From Monocercomonoides exilis PA203 (taxonomy: Eukaryota > Protista > Preaxostyla), in the NCBI GenBank assembly GCA_001643675.2, contig LSRY02000018.1:1488001-1552000 (forward strand): a DNA stretch of 64,000 nt. The letters run 5' to 3'. Below are positions 14,227 to 27,263 of the stretch, piece by piece. The position numbers were made by a program, and so were the translations under genes. Numbering within the stretch: the stretch's first letter is position 1; each line of letters opens with the position of its first letter. The notes beneath the pieces were generated by a model. The model saw only the letters and a list, made by a program, of their open reading frames with translations, was not told the origin of the DNA and ran no database searches.

Positions 14227-17200
14227 TTAATACATGCTTGTAGTGAGATGCTCTTCCATCATAGTTTTCATTTCCTCTGCATACTCACGATTTGCTTTTG
14301 TTTGGCGTCCTTTCTTTGAAGAGTCATGAAATACAGTTGTGATTTTCTTTTGCACTTTTCTCCCGCATGGCCAGTTGACATTCAGCAGTGTCTCAAATAT
14401 CGGCAACACATTCCCAAAATACCCCAAATACACAAACGTTCCTCCGAGTGAAGTGAGAAGCATTGACCAAGTGACCTTCATCGTGTGGCGAGTGAGTGCT
14501 ACAGTTTTGTCCAGTGCCAGCTGTATGTTGATTCCAAATCCCATGCTGTTGAACAGATGGATATAGTCTGTGTAAGAACCTATCTCAAATGAGATGTAAT
14601 TGACAAGATGGCCCTGAGAAACAGTGCTTGCTGAGCTCATTTCGTTCCGATAAATCGAAGGAATCAGCTCCAATGTGACGTTTGTGGGGTTCGAGCCGCG
14701 CAGGATGTGAGCTGTGTCACTCACAAAAATATGCTCTGTCGAAGAGAACGAAGTGTCTGGACCAAAGCTCAGGTCATGTTGGACAGGCACCGCCGAATCT
14801 GTGGATGCAAAGACCTTTATTGCTCTGCACGATGCTTCTCTTTCTGACGAGTGCATTGAAAAGAAGTTCACAAGAGAATTTTGAATGGGAAGCTCCACAT
14901 TTTTGGCTTCAAGTGTTATCCTGCAGTGATGCGTTGGAGAATTAAACAGATTTGTGGAAGGAATTTGCGTGCACTTTGGAGTAATGGAATAATTTTCTTT
15001 TTTATACCAATCTATGAAACAAGGATGGAGGGGAATAAATAAATATTTTACGAAAATTTTTATGAAAAAAATTGTTAAAAGCAAAAAATGTGCATACTAA
15101 ATGGATCAAAAGTTGACTTGCCAAATCCCAATTTATCAGAGCATTTGCCAGACAATTCACTTGTTGTGTTTATTGGTAAGCCAACACATTCCCCTGTGTA
15201 GTCTATCAAAGTCAACTCCACTTTAACCTCCTTGTTTCTGAAAGTAACCAAGTCTGCCTCCTTTTCCATTGAAACATCGACTGTAGTTCTTGTTTCATTT
15301 GTGTTCAGAAATGCAAATGTCAATATGACCAGCAGCGCTGCTCCGCACACAAAAGATATTGCGACAATTGTCAAAAAGCCTCCAAACGTCGTTTTCTTGA
15401 TGTGCTTCACTGTGGTGTGCGTGTCTGGATCAAGTGTGTCAACATACTTGTTTGAAAAGCTGTCCAGTCTGAACATAAATGTCCTTGTTGGGAAGCAGAG
15501 AAGAAGCAGAGCAACACTTAGGCCAATGATTGTGCAGCCTAAATACAATCCTATCATCAGGTAATTCTCCGTCTGGACAGGCATGTTATATGGTGAAGGT
15601 TGGACTGATTTAGACTGGTCTGCAGCTGGAATTGTGTTATTCGTTGTGGCTGATCCAATTGGGCAGTATTGATCATAAGTGCAGTTTTTGTATTCATTTG
15701 AGCCAGCAGTATCTGAATACGAGCCAGCAGGCACCGAAATACATGCAAACTCTGGCGATCCGATTTTGTTCCCAACTGTTCCTGGGGGGCATTTTATGCA
15801 TTGCTTGCTTCCATAATCATTGGAATATGAACCATGCGGACAATCAACACATTCTCCGGTCTCGTCCTCATAAGAGCCAGGGGTGCAAGAAAACAAGTCT
15901 TCGTGAAGCCTCATTATATGAAACGTGTCAAGAGCAGTGGGCAACACAGTCCTTCCTTCACTGATTTGCCTTCCTCCGTAACAGACTACATTTCGGTGAT
16001 AAACTGTGCATCCAGCATCAACAACATCTATATGCACACCATTAGTGAGGCCAGAGCCATCGTCTTCTGTGATTGTTGGATTGCCTTTTTGATCAAATTT
16101 CACGATTTTGAAAGAGTCCATCGCCCGGCCTCGCTTTCTCCCTCCAAACATCAGCACTTTGTCATCCAGTGGCAAGGCCATTCCGCTGATGTAATGAAAT
16201 ATTTGTGTTCTGTCTTCATCATTGCGCAGCATTGTGCTTTTTGCTGTTGCGAAAGGTTTTAAGGCATTTACAGCATCATCATCAAGAGCAGAATTCCCAG
16301 TGCTCATTTTATTTTTCCTGTATCTTTTGCCTAATTCTTCATACAAATCACAGACAGAGCAATTCCGAAATGGTAAAGTCCCAAAATTTCCACCAAGAAT
16401 TACTAGAGTTGGATGCAAAACTAATTCATCATTGTCAATATTTTGATTGTTGTTCGTCAAATGCTTCAGATCTTCGACAATCAAATCCCTCTTTTCATTT
16501 TTTCCATTTTTTGCTAAAATTGTAATGCTTTCCTCATCAGATTCTTTGCTTGTATTGCTTTGCTCAAAATATTCTTTTGCAGCGACTTCTGAAGCTATCA
16601 TGTCCATCACAAGAAGAGTCGGCTTAAATATCGGAAGAGCTTTAAATGTGTGTTCCCACGTATCTGTCGCAAAGCTAAACAAAAAGCCAACTTCACAAGG
16701 CGCTCCATCGAACTTTTGACCTCCCACAACAATCAAATAATCCATGTATATCGCCGAAGAAGCTCCAAACGCTGCAAAAGGCTTAACCATCGAATTCTTC
16801 CCCAGTTGCTTCCATGAATAAGAAATAAAAGAAAACTCCCACAATTCGTTTGACGGCTCAATTTTCCCCGTCTGAGGGTTTGGCCCCAGTCCTCCAAACA
16901 GCAGCAAGCGTCCGTTGTCCAAACAGCACGCAGCCAGTTCTCTTGCCGGAGGATTCTCTGACATTACTTTTGCTTCTAGTTTCGTCCATGCCTTGGAGCC
17001 AATCTTAAAAACATGAATATCACTGAAAATTTCTCCAGTAGATGGATCACGCCCTCCATACACAAAAAAAGCATCGTCGTCCACTCCAATAAACGGATTC
17101 ACGCGAAAAGATGGAGCAAAATCGTTCACCCTCATCATAAGCTGAAAGGTTGAGTTGTCGTTTACAGCTGAAGAAACAGGATCGAAAATTGGCGCAGAAT

Positions 17201-18497
17201 TACTTTCATTCAATTCATTGCCCATCCATGTGAGTTTTTTATTTGCGGAAGACGAGGAAGAAGAAGACGCATCGGAATTCTCATTATCAAAGACTCCAAA
17301 TAACGAAGAAAAATCGTCATTGTTGCAAACATCATTTCGGAATTTCCTTCTCCTTTCTTTTGCTTTTTCAGAATAAATCTCCTCTTCTGAAACATCAAAA
17401 GACAAATCTTCTTTCATTAAAATCAACAGATCCGCATTTATAAATAAATTCATCCTTCCTCCAAAAATGGCAAGATTTCCTTCATCATCTGTTGCACATC
17501 CGCAATCCCCGCGCTGCATGGTGTTGTTGCCTTGCTGAGTCTGATCAAATATGAGTTCTTTGTATCGAGCTGTCTTCTCTCCACTTCCACCACTAACAAC
17601 TTTGCTGCAATCAAGAATAAGCAACGAATTTGATCCAGCAAATATGTTGTTTGCCTCCCATCCACCAAAAATGTATGAATGTGTCCGACTTGTGCTGACG
17701 AATGTGGTATGTCCAAAATTGGCACGGGAATCTGGAAGGTTACTATCATTTCCATTAATATCTGTTAATTTCACCGCTTCCCATGATTGAGGAGAATTTG
17801 TATCGATCTTCACTCTGAATATTTTGAGTTTTGGTACAATATCTCCGCCTGTATCTCCACCGTAAACGACAGCATATCCATTCGAAACTAACATTCCCGC
17901 TCCGCTGCAAGGTTCAGGATCATTCTCTCCAGAATTAATCTTCAATTCTCTCCACTGTTTCGCTTGAACGTCAAACTCCCATAGATCATTTAGAAGTCCG
18001 GATGTACTGATTCCTCCAAAAATATATAACTTTTCCCCATCTGTTGCGTATGCCATCGAATGTCTTGCTTTTGGTTTTGTTTCACCTTCATTTTCTTCTT
18101 TCCATTCCTGTGCCGAAATATCAAATGACCATAATGAATTTGACAATCCAGATTCTTTCCATCCACCCCAAATATAAAATGTTTTTCCAACTCTGAACTG
18201 AGCACAAAATCTTACTAATGGTTTTTTGTTTTCTGGAGGAATGTGAACTGGTGATATATAAAAAGGATTCATTTTAACTAAAAATCCATCAGATTGAATG
18301 CGGTCGTTATAACTTGTTCCTCCATAAACGAAAAAGCATGGAACTCCATCAGAATCGAAATATTGGAAAAAAGGTGAATATCTTGGATTTATTTGGGAAC
18401 CATAAGGAGGAAATGTTTTGATAGATTTAACTATTTGTCTTTTATTGATGCAACAAATGTTTTCTATGCAAAACAAAGTTAAAAACAACAAAAACAT
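14227..18497 (-). CDS. Secreted/membrane Kelch-repeat protein with Cys-rich (GCC2/ephrin-receptor-like) repeats and three TM segments; 2 exons
   Basis: Signal peptide, repeated Kelch GG/W motifs (VYGG, IWGG, IFGG, LFGG), CTPGSY..C..CPHGSYS..C..CPPGT repeats and TM helices. Intron at about 15096-15014. Confidence 0.8.
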
Positions 18498-19089
18498 TTT
18501 GATCTGAAGTAAAATTACTTCATTTCAGAAGTAAATCAATTTATTGTTTCCAAATCTTACAAAATTTATATTTTTTATTTTCATAACTTAACCTTTAATG
18601 AAAAAATCCGAATCATTTTTTATGAATGAAAACGAATATTTTACAAAAACAAAAACAAAAGAATATTTTTTTTTAAATTCTTATGAATGACAAAGTTCTT
18701 TTTTTGAAGAATGGAATAGCATACATCAATAAATGAAAGTTGAACGATAGAATTCAGTTCATCACATACATTGAAGAATATGTTAACTTTATCAAATAAA
18801 AAAAAAAATAAATAATAATTATTTCGTCCAAAATTTGTGGTAAGCTTTTCGAATTTGACAAATAAACTTCAAATTTTAAATCTTTTCAATATTTCATCTC
18901 TCACAATTAACTTTTCATAACATTTTATTTCTCTTTATTCAATTGAATTGCATATAGAAAAATTATTCATATAAATTAGAATTATCACCCTCAAACTTTA
19001 CACATAAATTTCTATTCATAGAAAATAAAAATTACAAACTGACTTATACACTGCAAAATAATAAGAACAAATTTTGATGTAACTTTGAA

Positions 19090-19857
19090 TTATTCTTTCT
19101 TTTCTCCATTGCTGAGTGTTGTGAGAAGACTTCCAAGAAGTCCAGATGCTCCAAAACGGAACTTTTCTGATGTTGCCCATCCGTCTCCCATTATCTTATC
19201 AGCAAGCTCAAGATATTTCGCAGCATCTTCTGCGGTTCTAACACCTCCTGCGGCTTTGAATCCGACACGATCTTTAACACCTTTATCGGAAATTGTTTTC
19301 ATCATAATTTCTGCACTTTCAAGAGTTGCATTAACAGCAACTTTTCCAGTAGACGTTTTAATAAAGTCAGCTCCTGCGTCAATAGAAATTTCTGAAGCTT
19401 TTCTTATCAAGGCAGGATCTTTCAATTCTCCAGACTCAATGATCACTTTCAAATGAATCTTTGCAGCTTCGCAAGCTTCTTTGCAAGCTTTGACAAGTTC
19501 AAAACCTATTTTTTCATCTCCAGAAATTAAAGATTTGTAGGGAAATACGACATCGACTTCATCAGCTCCATAAGCAATAGAGGCACGAGTTTCTGCGAGA
19601 GCAATTTCAACGTCTGGATTTCCGTGAGGGAAGTTAGTAACAGTTGCAACTTTAATTTCTGGAGTTCCTTGCTCGCGAAGGGTTTTCTTTGCGATGGGAA
19701 CAAAGCGAGGATATACACAAACTGCAGCAGTATTTCCATATGGACTTTTTGCTTGTTTGCATAATGAAATCACTTTTTCATCAGTATCATTATCGTTCAA
19801 TGTTGTCAAATCCATAACATGCAAAGCTCTTAATGCAAGCGGTTTAATGTCCGTCAT
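19090..19857 (-). CDS. deoC: Deoxyribose-phosphate aldolase (DERA), intronless
   Basis: [57 protein letters not shown] (Schiff-base Lys), [10 protein letters not shown] and RFGAS. It is colinear with E. coli-type DeoC. Confidence 0.97.
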   Translation of the reverse strand: MTDIKPLALRALHVMDLTTLNDNDTDEKVISLCKQAKSPYGNTAAVCVYPRFVPIAKKTLREQGTPEIKVATVTNFPHGNPDVEIALAETRASIAYGADEVDVVFPYKSLISGDEKIGFELVKACKEACEAAKIHLKVIIESGELKDPALIRKASEISIDAGADFIKTSTGKVAVNATLESAEIMMKTISDKGVKDRVGFKAAGGVRTAEDAAKYLELADKIMGDGWATSEKFRFGASGLLGSLLTTLSNGEKKE

Positions 19858-20065
19858 TGTGTATAAGAAATTATATCAAAAATTATCTTGATCAGATTAA
19901 CCAAAAACATATTTTCAAAAATTGGATAGTTTTAATTTTTTTTTGTTACACATGCAAAATTCAGTTATGTTTAACGCCTATTGTCATATAAAAATAATAA
20001 ACAGAAAGCAATAGAAATTTAAAACATTATTTTGAAAAATGATTTTGCAACAATGAAGTGAACAA

Positions 20066-20226
20066 TCATATCCCCCTAAGATCAACAAGCATTAACGAAG
20101 GAGCGGAAGTAACAGCAATAAGCCAATCGTCATCTGGACTCCATGCAATGTCATTGACTTCTCCAACATCAGGAATGGAAGCAATATGTTTTCCATCCTG
20201 AAAGATTATCATTATTCACATTGAAA

Positions 20227-20287
<61 letters not shown>

Positions 20288-22911
20288 ATAATAATATAAT
20301 AAAAAAAATAAATAAATATTAAATAAAAATAAAATAAATAAATAAATTGAAATAGATTAATTCATCAATTAGCCAACAGAATAATAATAGCACAAACATT
20401 CACTGACCACAGCTGAACAACACGGTCAGTTGTGCCAGTTGCCAATATCTTTCCGTCGTTGCTGAATGCCAGCGAATAAACAGGTTGTCTAAAAAAGCAA
20501 TTGAAGTGGTTGATTCACATATAACACACAAATAAAGATAGAAAAAGAAAAAAAAAACAAATAAATTAAACAAAAATAAATCCATTTATAACAACACACT
20601 GATGTCCTTCGAACGAGTACAGTTTTGTGTGTGTCTGGAGGTCCCACAGAGAGACAGTGCAGTCAAAACACGACGTGGCCAGTCTGATGGGAGCATTCGG
20701 ATTGCGAGATCCAGGTCCAGTGGGTGTCCATATGACAGCATAGACTTGGTTGGAGTGGCGGAGAGACTGCTGCGGCTGGGTGTATCGGATGGTGGGGGGG
20801 CGAGAGGAGGAGGAAGAGAGAGAGGAGGAGGAAGAGAAGGAAGGAGAAGGAGAAGGAGAGGGAGAAGGAGATGGATGAGAAGACAGAGCAGACGAGAGTA
20901 AAGAGTTTATGTCTCTTCCTTCTCCCTCTGCGAATGATCTTTCATCGTCCTTTCCGTCCTCTTCCTCGTCTCCTGCAGCAATTCCAACAGGAATGGGGAT
21001 GGTTGGCTTCCACACGCACACTGTGTTGTCATCCGAGCATGTGGCCAAATACTCTCCAGAAGGATTCCACTTGATGCCGTTGACTTCGCAGCTGTGCCCG
21101 CAGAAGACTGCAGTGGGGACAGGGTTGCCGACGTGGTAGAGATCGACCTGCCCGTCGGCGGTGGAGGCAGCGAAGGAATAGTTGCCCCGCCAGTCGAAGT
21201 CGGTCAGAGAGACGTTTTGGACGCTGATGAGGTGCACGAGCGTCGCATTCTGGGCACGCGAGGCCATTTCAAGTGCTTCGGGGGACATGGCCAGGGATGG
21301 GTGCACACGGCCGGTGGGATATGCGGTGGAGAGGGTGTCAGTGGAAAGTGAAGAGGGAGAGGAAGAAGATGATGAAGATGAAGATGAAGATGATGATGAT
21401 GATGATGATGGAGAAGACAGAAAAGTTGAGGCAGATTTGAAGATGTCCTGGTTGTCGAATGCCCAGATGGCACATTGTGACTCAGTCGAGCCTGTCAAAA
21501 GGAGATTGTTCGCTTTATTGAACTTCAGCGACACAACTGGCTGTGCTTTCAAATACATTTTGGCAGCAACAGCTCCTGAAACAAAGAGGGGAATATGATT
21601 GGTGAATCACGAATAGAATTGAAAACAAGAAAAAATGAATATATAAAAAATAGAAAACAAATAATTAAATTATCACAAAGGACAAAGAACTTTAGAGCAA
21701 TCAATATCATTTTCTTTCTTTTTTTTTTTCAATTTTTTATTCATCAAAAGAAAATAACAATAATAACAATAACAACTCCATCATCATCTCCATCATCTGT
21801 GCACACACCATCCATGTTGTACACCGATGTCTGCCCATCAAAGCTGCCAATTGCCAGTTTTGTGCCGTCAGACGCCCAGTCGACTGTGGCGAGTCTGCAC
21901 ACCGGCTTCTTCTCTCCGCTCCATGTCTGCACAAGCGTCGTGCTGATCCTCCGCCGCTCGCTCGGGTCAAACAGCGGCATCGGTGCCTCAGGGCGCGACA
22001 CACGCTCCTCTGTCTCAATCTCCATGCTGTTGTCCACAAAGCCGGGAAGCAGCCCCGCCCGCCCTGGCACCATGTCGAAGCACGCCCGCAGGTTCCACAC
22101 GCGGCAGTTGCCGTTCGAGTCACACGACGCCATTATCCCTTTGTGCGAGGCACTCCACTGGCACCCTGTCGTCTCCCCGCTGTTGCCCAGAAGCCGCAGC
22201 CGACGGTCCGGAAAGATCTGCACACCTTCAGACGTCACTATCGAAATAGGAAGTGGCTTAGATAAGTCGGATGTGTCAGGAGCAGATTCCCGCGATGAAG
22301 GGCTAATAGCCGTTGGTACGACTTTTGACGATTCAACTGAAACTTCAGACGTTCCAATGGAAGAGTGATCAACATCTTCAGGCAAAAGAGGTCCATTTCG
22401 TACAAATTCGACAGCAGCAGCAATAGAAGGTGTTAACGGATCAGCAATAAACTGTCTTTTCCCAACAACCTTGCATTTGTGGGGACGAACAAGAGAGAAA
22501 GGTTCTGGACACAAAATTTCAGTTCCATCCTTTGTAAAGAAAAGAACGAACAACAAAAATAAAAGCAAAAGAGAATAAATAAAATTAATTAATTCAACGA
22601 TTCCAAAATATAATTATTGAACAAAGATAATTTCATACCCGCTTGATGTGTGTTTCAATCTCAGTAAAATGAAGACCCTTTTGCAATAGCTCAATAAGTC
22701 GTCCTGATCTTGAGTCAACTTCTCCAAAGTTGACGGAAAGAACGAGAGATTCATTTGCAAATGTAAAAGCAGAATGAGCATAGCCTGAAAAGCAAATAAA
22801 ATAGCAAGATTTTCTCAAATATATGCAAAATTATCTTTCAAAAAGCACGCCATTTTCTACCAAGTAACGGTATATCAGATAATTAAGCTCATCTGCGAGA
22901 ACCTCCGCCAT
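20066..22911 (-). CDS. TBL1/TBLR1/Sif2-like LisH + WD40 corepressor subunit, about 6 exons
   Basis: N-terminal LisH (ELNYLIYRYLVENGYAHSAFTFANES, LIELLQKGL) and WD40 repeats (DWASDGTKLAIGSFDG, GHSCEVNGIKWNPSGEYLATCSDD, WTPTGPGSRNPN..RLATSCFD). ATG at 22911, TGA at 20066. Confidence 0.9.
20229..20285. repeat. Intronic poly(A)/poly(T) tract of about 57 nt
   Basis: Long A run within the last intron of the TBL1-like gene. Confidence 0.9.
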
Positions 22912-23370
22912 AAAGAAAAGTCAAAGTAAAATTTTGGATCTAATGATCGAAAATTTTTAATCTTCTTGCAAGCTCAGAAATAAACATCATTTTTCATTTT
23001 TGAGAACAAAATTATGAACGTCAAAAAATTTGCTTATGATCTTTATGTGAAAATAAGATTGATAGCTCTTTTGATCTCTAAAATCAAATTAAATTCAATA
23101 AACTAAGTTAAAAATAAATTGCAGAAAATTGGATAGTTCAAATAAGAATATGTAAATGTGTGCAAAGTGGACCTCTCTTTTTTCAAGTGGGATGATTTAC
23201 AATAAAAACGAACATTATTAACAAAAACATTTGCAAAATTTACATAAATGAATACGACACGTTACAATATATACCAAAATCAAAGTGCAATTTCCCAATT
23301 GCTGCTTTATTAATTTCAAGTTAACAATAAACAACATAACATTTTAAATTTCATTAGTCAGCGCGTATAT

Positions 23371-24337
23371 TCAAACTGCTGATGTGTCTTTCACTTCAGC
23401 ATAACCTTGCTTGCGCTTACACAACGGCGATACAAGACATAAGCATCCATCTTTCACAAGAGCAAATAGTTTCATCCAAACTTTCCCAAAAGGAATAATA
23501 TCAATTCCTCTTTTTTTAAATGCAAAAAACTTCAGATTATTTTGTATTTCCAAAATGAAAGTGAATAGCACATATCAGAGCATAAAAGAAAATCAAACCA
23601 TCAAAGGAATTCCCGCAGCAAAGTACAAAAATAGTAATGATGCAATGATAATTAGCATTATTGAGCCAAAAGATAACTTCTTCTTTTCAGGATGAACAGA
23701 TGGCTTTTTTGGCAAACATCCAGCTGGATGAGTCCACGTTAAAGTGACAGTATTTCTATATTTATTATCATAAAAATTATAAATTAACATCGCATTAAAG
23801 TCAATTAGACAGATATAAATACCCATTTTCTTTTCCTTTAGGTTCTGACTTACTTCCGCACAGCATATTCAATTGAAACACCTTTGGAGCATTTTCCGTG
23901 TAGTTGTCTTTCAATGTTTAAATAATTAAAACTTCTTTTCTGAATTGTGATAAAGAAAGAATCACACATATCAATGAAAATCCTTGAGATTCATCAGCCA
24001 AAGGTTTGAACTCTTCTGTTTCATTATCACCAATACACTGACAGTAATTTGTTTGTAAAGTAATAAGTTGCGCAACGCACGTTTCACAATCACAAGGTGT
24101 TCCTTCATAATCTTTTATTACATCTCTAACGCGAAATCGAAGGTTATTGTCTGTTATTTCAACTTCAAATGGTTTGTCTCTTTAAAGTGTGAATGAGCAA
24201 ATTGTTCCATAAAATGAAAAAATAATTACAAACTGCTTAAGAGATGATAAATCGTAATCATCAATGGTCACCTTTGATTGCAAGCATGAAATTGTCGCCA
24301 AAGCAATTGTTAACATCAACGAAATATGTTTGCTCAT
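23371..24337 (-). CDS. ATG27 / cation-dependent mannose-6-phosphate receptor-like type I membrane protein, multi-exon
   Basis: Signal peptide, YDLSSL, a Cys-containing luminal domain ending WTHPAGC, a TM segment (SFGSIMLII...YFAAG) and the tail GIDIIP..W..L..LVKDGC..GYAEV typical of this family. Confidence 0.7.
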
Positions 24338-24789
24338 TGCAAAAAATTAAAAAATAAATTATTGAAACGCAAAATAAGCAAATATTTAACGAAAATGGAT
24401 ATAATTATTGTTTTTGTAGTGATCATAAACTTCCATTATTAGTTTAAAATTTTGTAATTAAAAATTTAAAAAAAAAATACGACATTTGATGCAGTTTTTT
24501 TAAAGAAATTATATCTGAATACATATTTGAAATTTTTGGTAATTTTAAATGTTAAATGAAAACATCACTGTGATAATTATCCACAGACTTATATCCCAAT
24601 AACGATTTTTCTCTTGCAAACATTATTTTAAAAATAACTCGCAAAAACATTTCCTTAAAAATATAATAGGGAAAAAAAAAGATAAAATTTGAAGAAATTT
24701 TAAAGAATGCTCAGTTTAATTGTACAAAATTATAATTTTCTAATAAACACAAATTTTCTCAGGAACGAAATGGAAAGAATTTCTTTTTC

Positions 24790-26223
24790 TCAAACAATTA
24801 CAAAATATTCAGAAATATGTATTGATATAAAAAAATAATCAATGCTGTTCAAATAACGAAAAACTTTATGGAAGCTTGTGATGATATCTTCATATCCTTG
24901 TTCTTCCATCTTTTCAAACAACTCCATTTTCGTTGCCTTTCTTTTCACTTCTTCCATTTCTTTTTCCTCTTTTCCATGCAACTTTTTGGATAGGTTCTCG
25001 AATAGCTCCAAATATTTGAAGATGTCATTGTCATTCAATCTCGGCTGCTGCACTTCCTCCAAAATCAGATCACAAGCACCGCTTTTCAGAAAGGAATCAG
25101 CAGTGGCTGTCTTCTTCATCGCCATTGCAAATAAATAATTAAAGAATCTCCTCGAATAACATGAATGTGCATCTCTTGCTGTTCTGTGCAGCCCAATAAG
25201 GCAACGCATAAGTCCAGTATTCTCTTCAGTCCACAATTGGAAATTCTGAATATATTTTTCGGTTATGTCTATCCATATCAATTCCCTTTCTTTCTTTTTT
25301 TCTTTTCTTTTCTCTTCTTCTGCTTCTATCATACAATCCACACTTTCTCTCAGCTCTTCCAGCTTTCTTGTTATCTCTTTCGCAAAGTGCAATTCGTTTG
25401 ATATCAAATTATCAAATTCTTTGTTTCTGCAAAATCTGTTCATTAATAAGACCCAAAAGGACTGATATGCAATTTCAGTGAGGTTGTGATGCTCCTGATG
25501 GTATTTGATGATTTCAGTGATTTCAGATAGATAAAGCTCTTTTTTAATTGTCTATAATAAATGGGGGAAAAAATAAGTCATTCATATCATAAATTAAGAA
25601 CTTCAGAAATCACATTGCTATCACACTTGATATGGACTTATATTGCTTAAAGCCAACAAAGCAATTTCCACTTCTTTTTGTGTTTCCTCGTTTTCCTCTT
25701 TCTTCAACGCAATTTTCAGAAGACATGGTATGCAGATTGATATCAATTCCGAGTTAATGCGATTATTCAGTAAAACAAAACATTCGCAAAGATCAATCAA
25801 CAACTTTTTGTTCTTTCTTTCTTTTTTCTTTTCCTCTTCAAAAATCATCTTCTCAAATCTTCCGCCCAGCGGAGATCTATCAAAGAATAGGTTCCACACA
25901 TTTTTCAGCACATAGCAATATCCAACATGCTTCATTAACAGAATGAGATTCTCCAAAGACAGTTTCTTTTCTTCAATCATTTCGTCTATTTCATTGAGCA
26001 GCTCCATTGTGAAAACAGATTTGAATTCTTCATCGTTCATTTCATCCATCACTTCATTCATTTTTTCAATTTTCTGCATTTGTTCATCTTCTTTGCAACG
26101 TTCAAGCTCATCGAGCAATTCTAAAAAAAGTTTCAACAAAAAAGCATAAAAATAAAAAATGTGCAAACTTTCAAAGTTACTGACAAATTCCTTCATTTCG
26201 GTTATTGTGTCAAATATACTCAC
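24790..26223 (-). CDS. Lineage-expanded helical protein family member, multi-exon (paralog of 27264-28650)
   Basis: Shares the motifs KLSLEN.I.L.KH.GYC, KLLIDLCE, ICIPCLLK.AL, E.EIALLAL and KMEE.GYEDII with the neighbouring paralog. Confidence 0.75.
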
Positions 26224-27263
26224 TTTGTTAATTGCTTATTCATTTCATTTCAAATTTTATAGAGATTCAATTTACGAGATAATTAAAAAAGCACAAACAT
26301 CGTTGATAATCTTATAAAATGAAAAGGAAACAATACAAATTCCGATTGCTTCGCCTTATAAAAAACAGCTTTTGATGGGATTGAACGAAACGACAGAATT
26401 TGAGATTTTTGGCAGAAATGGAAATTTTTTTATAATATTTGATCAAAATTTCCACCAAGTGATATATTAACTCTGACTTTTAACTTTCCCTGACTTGTTA
26501 TTAAATTCATATTTCTCGACAAGTCTCAAAAATCATTTTTTAATAATTCATTCAGTTTTTCATTTATATATGGGACGACATTTTTTGCTTTATGAATTAT
26601 GTTCCATTCTGCACATTTAATTAATTCATCAATTTTGATAATTTTCCTATGTTTTTTTGACATGAGAATGAAAGATTTCTCATGATAAAGTTGTGGATAA
26701 AGTGTGGAACAAATTGTAGTTTTTTTCATAAATGAAAGAATTGTGCCCCATATATATCATTTGACCATGTCTTAATTTTTGAAATTTGTATTTTATTTGT
26801 GAAGAAAGTATTTGCTGTAAAATTATTATTCAATTGAACATTTTATATTCTTTTTATTATTCAATAATTTTTTTTCAATATTTTCTTTAGTCTAATAATG
26901 TGAGACTTATAATGACAAGAAAACAGAAAATTTTTGGTAATATCGGAGTATTTTTTTTTTAATTTGAAGAGTTGTTCCACAGATGAAGTTTGCGAAAAAA
27001 AATGGTTGGTTCAAATATAATAATTGGTCCCAATAAATTGTTCACTTAATTCTTAGAAATGTTATTAACAAATAACGTATTTTTTCCGAAAAAATCAAAA
27101 AATTTTATAAGACATAAATAATTAATAAGGGGCATCATCAAAAGCTTGAACTTGACGATCAAAAAATAATCTTGAAGGAGATATTGAATGGGGCAAAGCT
27201 CATCAAACAGGAATGCTGAAAAAGAAGAAACAGAGCGGAACGAACCATATATGATGTCATCAA

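Noticed and set aside
19090-19857. deoC as bacterial contamination
   Set aside because: No deo operon neighbours are present, base composition is host-like, and it is embedded between spliced eukaryotic genes.
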